Shown piece after piece: positions 50,473-60,624 of a stretch of 64,000 bases of DNA; positions within the stretch are counted from its first letter, which is position 1; the number at the start of each line of letters is the position of its first letter. The DNA comes from Planctomycetota bacterium (lineage in GTDB: Bacteria; Planctomycetota; GCA-002687715; DRQF01): contig JAWKSY010000002.1 in NCBI GenBank assembly GCA_041402125.1, positions 304,150 to 368,149 of the forward strand, in the 5' to 3' direction. A model generated the notes under the pieces. The model was given only the letters and a program-made list of their open reading frames with translations, searched no databases and had not been told where the DNA came from. Both the position numbers and the translations under genes were made by a program.

Positions 50473-53219
50473 TCAGGGCGCGCGGAGTTCGACCCCGTGT
50501 GAAGATGCGAAGAAGCCGTTCGCGGCCGTGGGTGTGAGCGCGAGCACCTGCGTCATGATGCTGATGCCGACGAAGCCCGGCGGCACGAGGAAGGCGTGCT
50601 GGCTGCCGCCCGGCGGCAGCGGCACCGAGGGGCCGCCGAAGGGGCCCGGCTGGCTGCCGTCGAAGATGACGAAGGGCGCCGGCGATCCGCCGGGGCTCAC
50701 CGCGGCGCCGAAGGCCGGAACGCCGGCCGGCGGGAAGCCGGGGGTGAAGTACTGCCCGAGGAGGACGAGCGGCGTGCCGTCGAAGGTGCCCATCGGCGAG
50801 TCGATCAGGATCTCCACGATGTCGCCGGCCGCGACCGGGACGATGTCGCAGGCCGCGGGCGGAACGCCATTGATCCGGAACTCCCAGCGGAAGTCCTCCT
50901 GCGTGCCGGGATGGAGCGGCCCCTGGAGCATCGTGAAGGTCCCGGCGCCGCCGTTCACGAAGCGGAGCACCTCGCCCGTCGTCGCCTCGCAGCAGGAGAG
51001 ATCGAGGTCTCCGTCCGCGTCCGCGTCGGCGTAGGCGATCTCGCGGGGAACGTAGCCGCCCGGCAGCGTGATCGACTGCAGGATGAAGGGCGTGCCGTCG
51101 ACGTCGTCGTAGACGCGGAGCACGAAGGAGGACTGTCCCGCGACGCGGCGCAGGACGATCGCCTCGTCGGGATCGGCGTCCGGCACGAGGTCGCGGAGGC
51201 TCTGCGCGTAGAGCGGCGGGGACGTGCCGGTGATCCGCGTGAAGACGAGATCGCGGTCCGCGGCCGAGACGACGCGGGCGCCGGAGGTCCAGCCCGAGTA
51301 GATCGCGATCGGATCCGTCGCCTCGAGCACGAGCTGGTAGCGGTGCTGCTTCGCCGGACCGGTGGGCTGCGAGGCGAGACCGGAGGAGTAGACGAGCTGA
51401 GGCGGGTTGCCGACGAGATCGAGGCGATCGATCGCGCCGTCGCCGTCCTCGTCGCCGAGGGTCGAGCCCAGCCAGCGGCCGAGGGCGGGGGCGAAGAAGA
51501 CCTCGCCGGTCGCGCCGAAGAGCGAGTTCAGGAAGGCGTGCGTGCCGATCGCGGCGTTCTGCGGCGAGGGCGGCGTCCAGTTGACGAAGGTCGGCAGGCC
51601 GTAGCCGAAGGAGGAGATCGAGGATCCTCCCTGCGTGGTGTTCCCCGCGGATCCCGGCAGCATCAGGTTGAGGAAGTCGAACTCGAAGCCGTGCGCGACG
51701 ACGAAGCCGCTGCGGCGATCCATGCGGTCGAGACCGGGCGTCGGATGGCCGCCGAAGAGCCGCCCCGAGAAGTCCGTCAGCGGCGAGGCGGGACTGCCCC
51801 CGTCGTCGGGTTCGGCCCGACGAGGACGATCCGCGTCGCCTGGTTGGCGCCCGCGTCGGCCACGATCGGCTGCGAGGAGAAGACGAAACCGATGTCCGCC
51901 GTCCCGACCGACGTCACGTGATTGAGGTGCACGAAGCCCTGCGCGTCGGTGAACTTCACGTGCGAGAAGAGCGCGAGCGGCGCGGCGGCGGGGAGTCCGT
52001 CGACGCCGAGCTCGAGGGCGAAGACGGCGCCGCTCGCGCGGTCGTGGAGGAGCAGTCCCCGGTCGGTCCCCGCGTTCGTGAGCGCCGGCGGGAGCGTGGG
52101 GTGGAGGCTGACGCCGTGCAGGCCCGGATCGGAGAAGGCGCCGGGGAGCGTGACGTCGGTTGCGGCGGGCGCGGCCTCGGGGAGGCCGTCGCCGTCGGTG
52201 TCGCGCCAGAAACGCAGGTGATGGGCGCCGGCGTCGAAGTAGGCGCTGATCGCGACGGTCTCGTCGAGGTCGTTGAGGAAGACGGTGGTCTGCGTGAGGA
52301 GACCCGGCGCCGGGACGACGAGGTCGCGGACGACGAGACCGGAGACGTCCGTCATCGTGCTCTTCGCGCGCGTGGCCGCGTCCGTGGCGGCGGCGTCGTC
52401 GAGACCGCTCTGGGCGCCCGATCCGTAGTAGCTCGAGGTCCACGCGGGATCGCCGAGGGCGAGCGTGCGACGGAGCGCGCGTCCCTTGCGCCGCCGGGCG
52501 AGCGCCTCCGCGAGCGCCGCGATGTCGCCCGGCGCGTCGGCCACGCCGCCCGAACCGAGGAAGGCCGTCAGGCCGACGATCGCGTCGCCGTCGGCGTCCA
52601 TCGCCGCGAAGCTCGCGTGCGGCGTCCCGCCGGGCGCCCTCAGGGCCGCGAGGAAGCCGTCGAGGACGAGCAGGCCGAGTCCGTCGGCGTCCCGCGCCGC
52701 GTCGCACTGCGAGGCGGCGCCGAGGAGCGGGATCTGGAAGACGTGCGTGACCTCGGTCGCGAGAGCGGCGGCGAGGGTGAGGCCCCAGTACGCGGCGGGA
52801 AGTCCCGCGCTGCCCGTGCTCGCGCGGTCGAGGAGTCGGGACGCGACGACGATCGTGTCGGCATCCTGACCCTGGGCGAGGTAGGTCCGCGTGCGAGCGC
52901 GGATCGAGTCGACGCGGATCTTGCCGTTGTCGACCATGCGCGGGAGGTGGCCGAGGAGCTCTCCCACCGTGAAGGGTTCGCCGAACTGCGCGTCGTATTG
53001 CGCCTGCGAGGGACCGGTGCCGAAGTAGGCGGGCAGGGTCGCGCTCCGCACCGGACCGACGGCGCGCTTGGCGAGCACGGCCGCGCCGCGGACGAGGTCG
53101 CGTTCCGTCGGCGCGAGCGCCGACTGGGGCACCGCCTGGGCGAGGAGTCCGCCGGACGAGAGAGCGAGCGAAGCGAGGACGAGGACGGCGAGGGCCGTCC
53201 GGGGGGGCGCAACGATCAT
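50473..53219 (-). CDS. large secreted protein (about 915 aa) with VCBS/FG-GAP-like segment; apparent frameshift in a G5 run near 51796-51800
   Basis: Track ORF 51777-53219 is the signal peptide and N-terminal half. Track ORF 50473-52707 is protein-like from about 51790 downward. The two junction frames give ...IVLVGPNPTTG and ...SPASPLTDFSGRLFGG... across ggggg. Confidence 0.6.
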
Positions 53220-53354
53220 GGGATTCTCCGGGCCTGAGACCCGCAGTCTAGACGAGCCCGGCGCCGGAACGAAGAACCACCGGTTGCACCCGGCAATGCG
53301 AGCGGCCCCCGAGCTCGGGGCTCTCGCGGGCCGCCCGGATGCCGCTGACGGGGG

Positions 53355-53702
53355 TCAGAGGTAGGTGTAGCTCGAGACGGCGCGCTTGCCGTCGGGCGAG
53401 GTCACGACGATGTCGCTCTGTCCGCGCTTGCCGGGAGGCGTGACGAGAACGATCTGCGTGCCGGAGGCCGAGACGACGCAAGCCCTTTTCCCGCCGATGG
53501 TCACCTTCGCGTCGACGAGTCCGGTGCCGGTGATCGTGACCACCTCTCCGCCGCGCCGGGGGCCGACGTTGCGGGTGACGGCGGAGACGTTCGGCGGGTC
53601 ATCCTCGAGCGTGGCGACGCCCTCGCCCGCGAGCGCCGCGGGGGAGAGGAAGGCGAGCAGGAATGCCGCCAGGGCGGTGCTGAATCCGAATCTGAGCGCC
53701 AT
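53355..53702 (-). CDS. small secreted IPT/TIG-domain protein
   Basis: Signal peptide MALRFGFSTALAAFLLAFLSPAALA. IPT-like stretch GEVVTITGTGL...VTIGG. Confidence 0.6.
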   Translation of the reverse strand: MALRFGFSTALAAFLLAFLSPAALAGEGVATLEDDPPNVSAVTRNVGPRRGGEVVTITGTGLVDAKVTIGGKRACVVSASGTQIVLVTPPGKRGQSDIVVTSPDGKRAVSSYTYL

Positions 53703-53980
53703 GCGGCCGTCCTCTCTCTCCTTCCGCCTCGGGATTCCACTGACCTGACGTCCGGCGGGACGTCGGGGTTTCAGGGAATCTCGAACGGGGCGGAACTCCG
53801 ATCGGCACTCCTCTCAGGAGTGCAATCCGGCTCCACCACGCCCGCCATGGTGCCCTGACGCGCCCCGCGGCCGAAGGCTCCGGACTTTTTCCCGGTCCTG
53901 ACCCGCCCCGGCGCCCGGGATGGGACGGAGTGGGTGTGTCATCATTCCCCCCTTCGCGCGAAACCTCCCCGGAGAAACCC

Positions 53981-55003
53981 ATGAAGATCGCGACCCTCGC
54001 TCTCCTGGCGGCCTTCAGCGCCGGCGCGCTCGCCCAGACCCCGCCTCCGACCCCCCGTCCCGACGCCCGCCCGGGGAAGACTCCGGAGCAGGAGGTGAAG
54101 AAGGGGGCGCCGGAGAAGAAGGGGGGCGACACCGGCCTCACCGGTGTCCTCGACGAGGAGAGCTTCGCCAGGCTCCACGAGCTCACCGGCGCCAAGGCGC
54201 CGCCGGCCCGCGGCACGATGATCACGCTCCCCTCCTCGAAGGCCTACCTGAGCCTCCCGGAGAAGGCGCGCGCGCCCCTGCCGGCGGTGATCGTCATCCA
54301 CGAGTGGTGGGGCCTGAACGAGCACATCAAGCACTGGACCGACCGGCTCGCGGCCGACGGCTACGCCGCGCTCGCGGTCGACCTCTACGGCGGCGAGGTC
54401 GCCACGACGCGCGAGGAGGCGATGAAGCTCATGTCCGCCGCCGACGACGACGCGGCGAAGAAGGTGCTCGCCGAGGCCTTCGCCTTCCTCGCGAAGGACG
54501 AGCGGATCAAGGCGAAGCGCCGGGCCGTGATCGGCTGGTGCTTCGGCGGAGGACACTCGCTCCGGACCGCGCTGGCCGAGCCGGAACTCGACGCGGCGGT
54601 GATCTACTACGGACGTCTGCAGACCGATCCGGAGGTGCTGAAGTCGATCAAGGCGGAGGTCCTCGGCGTCTTCGGCAACCAGGATCGCGGCATCCCGCCG
54701 GCCACCGTCGACGAGTTCGAGAAGGGACTGAAGGCGGCCGGAGTGAAGCACGAGATCCTGCGCTACGACGCGAATCACGCCTTCGCGAATCCCTCGAGCG
54801 GTCGCTACGACGCGAAGTCGGCCGGAGCCGCCTGGAAGAAGGTGCGCGCCTTTCTCGCGAAGCGCCTGCGGCCCGAGGCGAAGGGAGCGGAGCATGCGCC
54901 GGCGGGCGAGAAGAAGGGACGTCCCTCCGAGAACGAGGGCGACGGGAAGGGCGACAAGAAGGACGCGCCGAAGGCGTCGAGCGAGGGCGGTCGCGAGGAC
55001 TGA
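53981..55003 (+). CDS. dienelactone hydrolase family protein, secreted
   Basis: Start MKIATLALLAAFSAGALAQ with a GGAG RBS. DLH fold motifs (IVIHEWWGLN, GWCFGG nucleophile elbow). Confidence 0.8.
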   Translation: MKIATLALLAAFSAGALAQTPPPTPRPDARPGKTPEQEVKKGAPEKKGGDTGLTGVLDEESFARLHELTGAKAPPARGTMITLPSSKAYLSLPEKARAPLPAVIVIHEWWGLNEHIKHWTDRLAADGYAALAVDLYGGEVATTREEAMKLMSAADDDAAKKVLAEAFAFLAKDERIKAKRRAVIGWCFGGGHSLRTALAEPELDAAVIYYGRLQTDPEVLKSIKAEVLGVFGNQDRGIPPATVDEFEKGLKAAGVKHEILRYDANHAFANPSSGRYDAKSAGAAWKKVRAFLAKRLRPEAKGAEHAPAGEKKGRPSENEGDGKGDKKDAPKASSEGGRED

Positions 55004-55041
55004 TCATCCCGCGGCGGATTTCCTCCGCCCCGCGACGCGAA

Positions 55042-55084
55042 CGAGGTCGGAATCCGCCGGGATTCCGACCTCGCGTTCGTTTCC
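55042..55084. terminator. bidirectional terminator between convergent genes
   Basis: cgaggtcggaatcc-gccg-ggattccgacctcg followed by cgttcgtttcc. Confidence 0.5.
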
Positions 55085-55103
55085 GCACGACGGCGGCGAT
55101 GCA

Positions 55104-55580
55104 TCAGCTCGTGGTCACGAGCAGTCCGTTCGTCGTCTCCAGGTCGTAGCTGAAGCCGATCGTCGTGAAGTAGAGGTTCGCGCCCTGGAGGTAGAAGGTC
55201 AGTCCCGGCGGCATCCAGCTCGGGATCGGGATGGCGATCTGGTCCGAGAAGACGGGACCCAGCTCGAGGATGAGGTCGGGCGCGGCCAGCAGCGTGCAAC
55301 CCGGCGAGATCGGGATCGTCGTCTGGGTCGCCGAGTTGCCGACGATGAGGTAACGCGAGGCCAGGAAGGTGTTGCAGCAGCTCGGACTGAAGCCGAAGTT
55401 CAGGGTCGCGGTGCAGCTCGCGGGATCGAAGGTCCCGCCGAGCGCCGGGGCGCTGAAGAGGAAGCTGCATCCGGTGCCGTAGGGCGTGAAGCCCATCCCG
55501 GCGATGCTGCACTGCGCGGGGGCGGTCAGGGAGAGGGCGGCCCCGAGGACGAGCGCCGCGACGAGGGTCTTCGCGTTCAT
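55104..55580 (-). CDS. hypothetical small secreted Cys-containing protein
   Basis: Start MNAKTLVAALVLGAALSLTAPAQC with a GGAGG RBS. Confidence 0.55.
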   Translation of the reverse strand: MNAKTLVAALVLGAALSLTAPAQCSIAGMGFTPYGTGCSFLFSAPALGGTFDPASCTATLNFGFSPSCCNTFLASRYLIVGNSATQTTIPISPGCTLLAAPDLILELGPVFSDQIAIPIPSWMPPGLTFYLQGANLYFTTIGFSYDLETTNGLLVTTS

Positions 55581-55662
55581 GGGAGTTCCTCCTTCCGTTT
55601 CCGGACGGGTTCCGTGACCCGCCGCGGGAGGGGAGCGCAATTCGCGGGCCGTCCGGCCCGGA

Positions 55663-55839
55663 TCAGTCCGCGCGCGCGGCGTCCTCGCGCGCCTGCGCCC
55701 GGCTCTTCAACTCCGCCTCCTTGCGCAGCAGCGACACGATCAGCGTCGCCGCCATCGCCAGCGCGAAGAAGATCCCGACCGAGAAGAACAGGATCTGGGG
55801 ATCGATCCCGAAGGGCCCCGCCGACAGGAAGCTCGTCAA
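55663..55839 (-). CDS. hypothetical small single-TM protein, TTG start overlapping the upstream stop
   Basis: The TTG at 55839-55837 overlaps the TGA of the cytochrome gene (TTGA). Product is 58 aa with one TM helix, ILFFSVGIFFALAMAATLIVSLL. Confidence 0.3.
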   Translation of the reverse strand: MTSFLSAGPFGIDPQILFFSVGIFFALAMAATLIVSLLRKEAELKSRAQAREDAARAD

Positions 55840-57557
55840 CGCGCGTCGTTCCGGCCGACGTCGCCCTTCGAGGCGATCCACTCGGACAGCATCCGGATGC
55901 CTTCCTCATCGGGCACCGTGCTGAGGAGGCTCGGCATGCGGTCCCAGCCCACGGACCCCATCCGCTGGATGAAGCGCGAGTGGCGCGGGCGGCCGGGGAC
56001 GGCCACGCCGCGACGCAGCTCGTGCGACTTCGAGGCGAAGATGCCGGTGTCCTCGAAGGGCGTGTCCAGGCGGAGGTCCATGGTGCCGCTGCCCGGCCCG
56101 CCGGGCTGGTGGCAGGACGCGCAGTGGACGTGGAGGTAGCTGCGGGCGCGCGCCTCGAGCGGCGCCGAGGCGTCGCGCGGATCCGCGAGGGCGGGGAGGG
56201 CGGCGACGTCGGCGGGGAGGCCCTGGAGGTGGCCCAGCTTCGCCATCGCCTGGAGCTGGTTCGGCGCGTCGGCCTCGCGGCGGGCGCGGTTGAGCTGCGC
56301 CGTCGTGACGCCGAGGATGCGACCGGTGGCCTCGTTGTGGCACTTCGTGCAGTCGCGCTCGCGCGCGATGTTCCAGAGCTGCGACTCCTGGCCGTGGTTG
56401 GCGTAGAACTCGTCGCCGTTGCGCACGAGGCGGGCGTCGGTGCCCTCGTCGTTCCACACGTAGACGCCGAAGCTGAGGTCGTCGCCGTCCTTGCGGATCA
56501 CGCGCGTCTCGACGACGAGGTCATCCTCGTCGGCGTCGGAGAAGCGGAGCGTCTGGAGGAAGGTCGTGCCGCGCGGGAAGATCCAGCCGCCGTCCTCGCG
56601 GTAGCGGATCGCCTCGCCCTTCGGGAGCCGGAGGAAGCGATCCTTGATCGCGCCGTCCGACCACAGCCCGGAGTTGACCTCGTAGGAGATGAAATCCGCC
56701 GCCATCTCGCGCTTCGCGAGGTCGCGGAAGAAGCCGGTCTCGGAGAGCATCGGCGGGAAGGCGACGGTCGCGCCCTTCTTCGGCGCGGTGGCCACGGCGA
56801 AGAGGATCTCGCCGGCCGCGGCGCGGAGGTCGCGCGCCTCGCGGACGCGCGCCGCGAGCGCCTCGGCCTCGTCGAGGGTCGGGCAGGCATCGAGCGTCTG
56901 GAAGAGGAGGTTGCGGCCGCCCGAGCTGCAACCCGGGGCGCGCACCTGCTCGGCGAGCTCGAGGGCGCGCTTCGCGTCGATCGTCCGGTCGTCACGGTCG
57001 CGCGCCGCGGCGAGCACGACGGCGGCCGCCGCGTCGAGGTCGTCGGCCTCGCGCACGCGGGCGGCGAGCGCTTCCGCGTCACCGAGTTCCGCCACGGCGG
57101 CGAGCTCCTGGAAGAGCAGATTGCGGCCGCCGCTGCTGCATCCCGGGGCGCGGACGCGGCGCGCGAGCTCGCGCGCGGTCTCGGCGTCGAGGACGGGGGC
57201 GGCCGGGCGGGCGCGGTCGGCGAGCAGCTTCGCCGCGGCCTCTTCGTCGTCCGCCTCGCGCAGGAGCGCGACGAGCGCCTCGGCCTCGTCGAGGTCGGCG
57301 AGTCCCGGCACCGAGTTGAAGACGTCCGTCCGCGCCATCGTCGCGCAGGGCGCGCGCCGCGCCTTCTTCGCGATGGCGAGGAAGTCGGTCCCGGACTCGC
57401 AGCTCTCTCCGCACGCGCCGGCCGTACCGCAGGCACCCTTCGTCTCGCCGGTGGCCGTGCCGCCGCCGCACTGGGCGGAAAGCGGGAGGGCGAGGACGGC
57501 GATCAAGGCGGCGCCGCCGAGCGAGCGGCGGAGGACGTCGAGGGAGCGCGGGTTCAT
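55836..57557 (-). CDS. c-type cytochrome domain protein (2 CXXCH) with internal tandem repeats
   Basis: Start MNPRSLDVLRRSLGGAALIAVLALPLSAQ with an AGGAG RBS. CTKCH and CASCH motifs. About 2.5 tandem repeats of about 57 aa, each ending RVRAPGCSSGGRNLLFQ. Confidence 0.75.
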   Translation of the reverse strand: MNPRSLDVLRRSLGGAALIAVLALPLSAQCGGGTATGETKGACGTAGACGESCESGTDFLAIAKKARRAPCATMARTDVFNSVPGLADLDEAEALVALLREADDEEAAAKLLADRARPAAPVLDAETARELARRVRAPGCSSGGRNLLFQELAAVAELGDAEALAARVREADDLDAAAAVVLAAARDRDDRTIDAKRALELAEQVRAPGCSSGGRNLLFQTLDACPTLDEAEALAARVREARDLRAAAGEILFAVATAPKKGATVAFPPMLSETGFFRDLAKREMAADFISYEVNSGLWSDGAIKDRFLRLPKGEAIRYREDGGWIFPRGTTFLQTLRFSDADEDDLVVETRVIRKDGDDLSFGVYVWNDEGTDARLVRNGDEFYANHGQESQLWNIARERDCTKCHNEATGRILGVTTAQLNRARREADAPNQLQAMAKLGHLQGLPADVAALPALADPRDASAPLEARARSYLHVHCASCHQPGGPGSGTMDLRLDTPFEDTGIFASKSHELRRGVAVPGRPRHSRFIQRMGSVGWDRMPSLLSTVPDEEGIRMLSEWIASKGDVGRNDAR

Positions 57558-57769
57558 GGCGGAACTCCTGGCGAGCGGACGGGATCCAGGCGGCAAGCCT
57601 ACCAGACGTAGGACCCGGACGGCAGTTTCCATCCTGTCTCCCCACCGGGCGGACCGCGGTCCCCGGTGCCGCCGCGAGGATCGGCGAGAGAGGGCGTCGG
57701 GGAGGGGAAGCCGCGACGCTTCCGGTATAGGATCTCGGCCAACGGATTCGCGTCGGCGGGGAGTGCGAG

Positions 57770-58996
57770 ATGATCGAGACCAAGGGACGACGGCTGATCG
57801 TCATGGCGGGGCTCACGGCCCTCCTGGCCGGGCTGGCGCCGGCCTGCGCGGGCGACGGAGCCCGCGGCGCCGGCCAGGGGCGGCTGCTGATCGTCGGCGG
57901 GGGGCTCTCGGCCGAGAACGAGGCCGTGCACCGGGCCTTCGTCGGCGTCCTGGAGACCGACGCCCGGGCGCTCGTGCTTCCCACCGCCAGCGGCGTCCCG
58001 GCCGAGAGCGGCCCGGGCGCGGTGGAGCGTCTCCGCGCCCACGACGACGCGGCCCGCGGGATCTCGCTCCTCGAGGTCACGAAGGACGACGGCCCCCTCG
58101 CCGAGGACCCCGCCGTCGTGGCGGCGATCGACGACGCGGAAGGGATCTGGTTCACCGGCGGCGACCAGGCGCGGATCCTCGACGTCTTCCGCCCCGAGGG
58201 GCGCGACACCGCGGCGCTCCGGGCGATGCGGGATCTCATCGCCCGCGACGGCGTGATCGCGGGGACCTCGGCCGGCGCGGCGATGATGTCCGACCCCATG
58301 ATCGGCGGCGGTCGCAGCCGGGAGGCGTTGCTGGTGGGACGCGCCGCGAACGGCGACGCACCCGGCGTCGAGGTCCGACCCGGCATGGGCTTCTTCCCCT
58401 TCGGCATCGTCGATCAGCACTTCCTCCAGCGCGGCCGCTTCGGCCGCCTCGTGGCGGCGCTCGAGGCCGCGGATCGCCGCTTCGGCTTCGGCGTCTCCGA
58501 GGACGCGGCGCTCGCCGTTTCCCTGGAGGCGGGACGCGGTCGCGCGCTGGGTGAGCACGCGCTCGTCCTCATCGACCGCGTCGGGGCCCAGCGCACGGGA
58601 CTCTCGCGACTCGACCTGCGCGTCTCCATCCTCGGGGACCTCGACGTCGTCGTCCTCGAGACCGGCGAGGTCGAACCCGCGCCGGGCAAGCGACCGGTGG
58701 GACGTCGCGGGATCGTCGAGGCGGCCGGGGAGCTCGAGCCCTTCGGGCGCATGGGGCTCCTTCGGATGATCGAGCGGCTCGCCCTCGATCCCGAGCAGCC
58801 GGTCCGCGCGCGGGACGAGTACTTCACCGTCGTGGTGAGCGCGGACGAGCGGACGCGCTTCCTCGCGCGCAGCGCGCGCCTCGACGATCTCTGCGCGATC
58901 GGGGTCCGCCTCGATCTGGTGGCGAATCCGGGGGCCGAGGCCGAGGCCGCGCGTCTCGTCGCCGCCGCGACCCCGAGCGAGGGAGGGGAGCGATGA
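57770..58996 (+). CDS. cyanophycinase-like peptidase S51 (CphE/CphB-like), lipoprotein
   Basis: Signal LLAGLAPACAG. S51 motifs LLIVGGG, WFTGGDQ, IAGTSAGAAMM. Confidence 0.8.
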   Translation: MIETKGRRLIVMAGLTALLAGLAPACAGDGARGAGQGRLLIVGGGLSAENEAVHRAFVGVLETDARALVLPTASGVPAESGPGAVERLRAHDDAARGISLLEVTKDDGPLAEDPAVVAAIDDAEGIWFTGGDQARILDVFRPEGRDTAALRAMRDLIARDGVIAGTSAGAAMMSDPMIGGGRSREALLVGRAANGDAPGVEVRPGMGFFPFGIVDQHFLQRGRFGRLVAALEAADRRFGFGVSEDAALAVSLEAGRGRALGEHALVLIDRVGAQRTGLSRLDLRVSILGDLDVVVLETGEVEPAPGKRPVGRRGIVEAAGELEPFGRMGLLRMIERLALDPEQPVRARDEYFTVVVSADERTRFLARSARLDDLCAIGVRLDLVANPGAEAEAARLVAAATPSEGGER

Positions 58997-60624
58997 GCGC
59001 CGCCGAGTCGGCTCCGGAGTCCGGACGCCTCCCCTCGACCCTGGTGATCCTCGGCGCGATCCTCGCCCTCGCGGCCGGCGCGACCCTGGTCCTGCCCCGC
59101 GGCGAGTACGAACGCGTCGAACGCGTCTTCCCGCGCTACGTCGCGCACCGGATCGAGGCGGGAGAGACCCTCGAGCAGATCGCGCGCGCGGTCGGAGCCG
59201 AGGAGTCCCTCACCCTCGACGGGATCCACGACGCGAAGACGCGGGAGCCGATCACCGCGCTCGAGCCGGGTCGCCTCGTCCTCGTGCCGACGTCCGGCCT
59301 GACCCGCACCGCGATCGTCGACGGCAGCTACCGCCGCATCGACGACTCCGGACGCCCCTTCCTCGAGCGCGCCTTTGCCGCCGTCACCGCGGTCGTCCGG
59401 GCGCCGATCCGCGGCTTCGTCGCGCGCGCGGAGGTCATCGCCTTCGTCCTCCTCATCGGTGGGGCCTTCGGCGTGATCCTCGCGACGGGCGCCCTCGACC
59501 TCGCGCTGGGCCGCGCGGTCGAACGCCTCGGCGAGGGGCGCTGGCGCGGGCTGGTCGTGCCGATCTCGATGCTGCTCTTCGGCCTCGGCGGCGCGATCTT
59601 CGGGATGGGGGAGAGCACGATCGCCTTCGTCCTCGTCACGATCCCGCTCGCGATCCGGCTCGGCTACGACACCGTGACCGGCATCGCGATGTGCTACCTC
59701 GCATCGCAGATCGGATTCGCGGGCGCGTTCTTCAACCCCTTCACGGTGGGCATCGCCCAGAGCATCGCCGAGCTCCCGAGCGGCAGCGGGCTCGGATATC
59801 GGGTCGTGACCTTCGTCGTCGTGATGGGCACCGGGATCCTCTTCGTGACGCGGCACGCGAGCCGCGTGGCCGCGAACCCCGACCTCTCGCCGACGGTCGA
59901 GCTCGACCGACGCTGGCGCGCCCGGCTCGCCGAGGAGTCGTCGACCCACACCGGTCCCCTGGGATTCCGCGTCTGGTGGGTCGTCGTCTGCGCGCTCTCG
60001 ACCGTCGTCCTCACCGGCGTGGGCGCCGCGCTCTGGGACTGGTTCATCGAGGAGATGGCGGCCCTCTTCGTGGCCGCGGCCCTGCTCGCCGGCTTCGGCG
60101 CCGGCTTCCGCCCCGGACGCATGGCGCAGGAGTTCAAGCAGGGCGCGGTCACGATGATCGAGCCCGCGCTCATCATCGCGCTCTCCGCCGGCATCATGGG
60201 CGTGCTCGAGGAGGGGAAGGTCCTCGACACCGTGCTCGAATGGATCTCGCGTCCGCTGCGTGAGAGCGGCACCGACCTCGCCGCGGTCGCGCTGATGCTC
60301 GTCCAGGCCGGCATCAACTTCTTCGTCCCCTCGGGGAGCGGACAGGCCGCCCTGACGATGCCGATCGTGACGCCGCTCTGCGACGTCATCGGGCTCGACC
60401 GTCAGGTCGGCGTGCTCGCCTTCCAGTTCGGGGACGGCTTCGGCAACGCGCTGATCCCCACCTCGGCCGTGCTCATGGGCGTGCTCGGGGCGGCGCGGGT
60501 CGCCTGGACGGCCTGGGTGCGCTGGGCCTGGCGCCTGATCCTCGTGCTGCACCTCGTCGGCGCCGGCCTCCTGATCGCGGCCGTGCGCGGTCCCCGGGTC
60601 TGGATGGAGTGGCCCGTCTCGTGA
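58993..60624 (+). CDS. YfcC-family transporter (putative beta-Asp dipeptide importer) with LysM-like periplasmic insert
   Basis: Multi-TM protein with YfcC hallmarks (GMGESTIAF, FFVPSGSGQAALTMPI, AFQFGDGF). Its ATG overlaps the upstream stop (ATGA). A LysM-like segment RIEAGETLEQIARAVG...LEPGRLVLVP follows TM1. Confidence 0.8.
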   Translation: MSAAESAPESGRLPSTLVILGAILALAAGATLVLPRGEYERVERVFPRYVAHRIEAGETLEQIARAVGAEESLTLDGIHDAKTREPITALEPGRLVLVPTSGLTRTAIVDGSYRRIDDSGRPFLERAFAAVTAVVRAPIRGFVARAEVIAFVLLIGGAFGVILATGALDLALGRAVERLGEGRWRGLVVPISMLLFGLGGAIFGMGESTIAFVLVTIPLAIRLGYDTVTGIAMCYLASQIGFAGAFFNPFTVGIAQSIAELPSGSGLGYRVVTFVVVMGTGILFVTRHASRVAANPDLSPTVELDRRWRARLAEESSTHTGPLGFRVWWVVVCALSTVVLTGVGAALWDWFIEEMAALFVAAALLAGFGAGFRPGRMAQEFKQGAVTMIEPALIIALSAGIMGVLEEGKVLDTVLEWISRPLRESGTDLAAVALMLVQAGINFFVPSGSGQAALTMPIVTPLCDVIGLDRQVGVLAFQFGDGFGNALIPTSAVLMGVLGAARVAWTAWVRWAWRLILVLHLVGAGLLIAAVRGPRVWMEWPVS

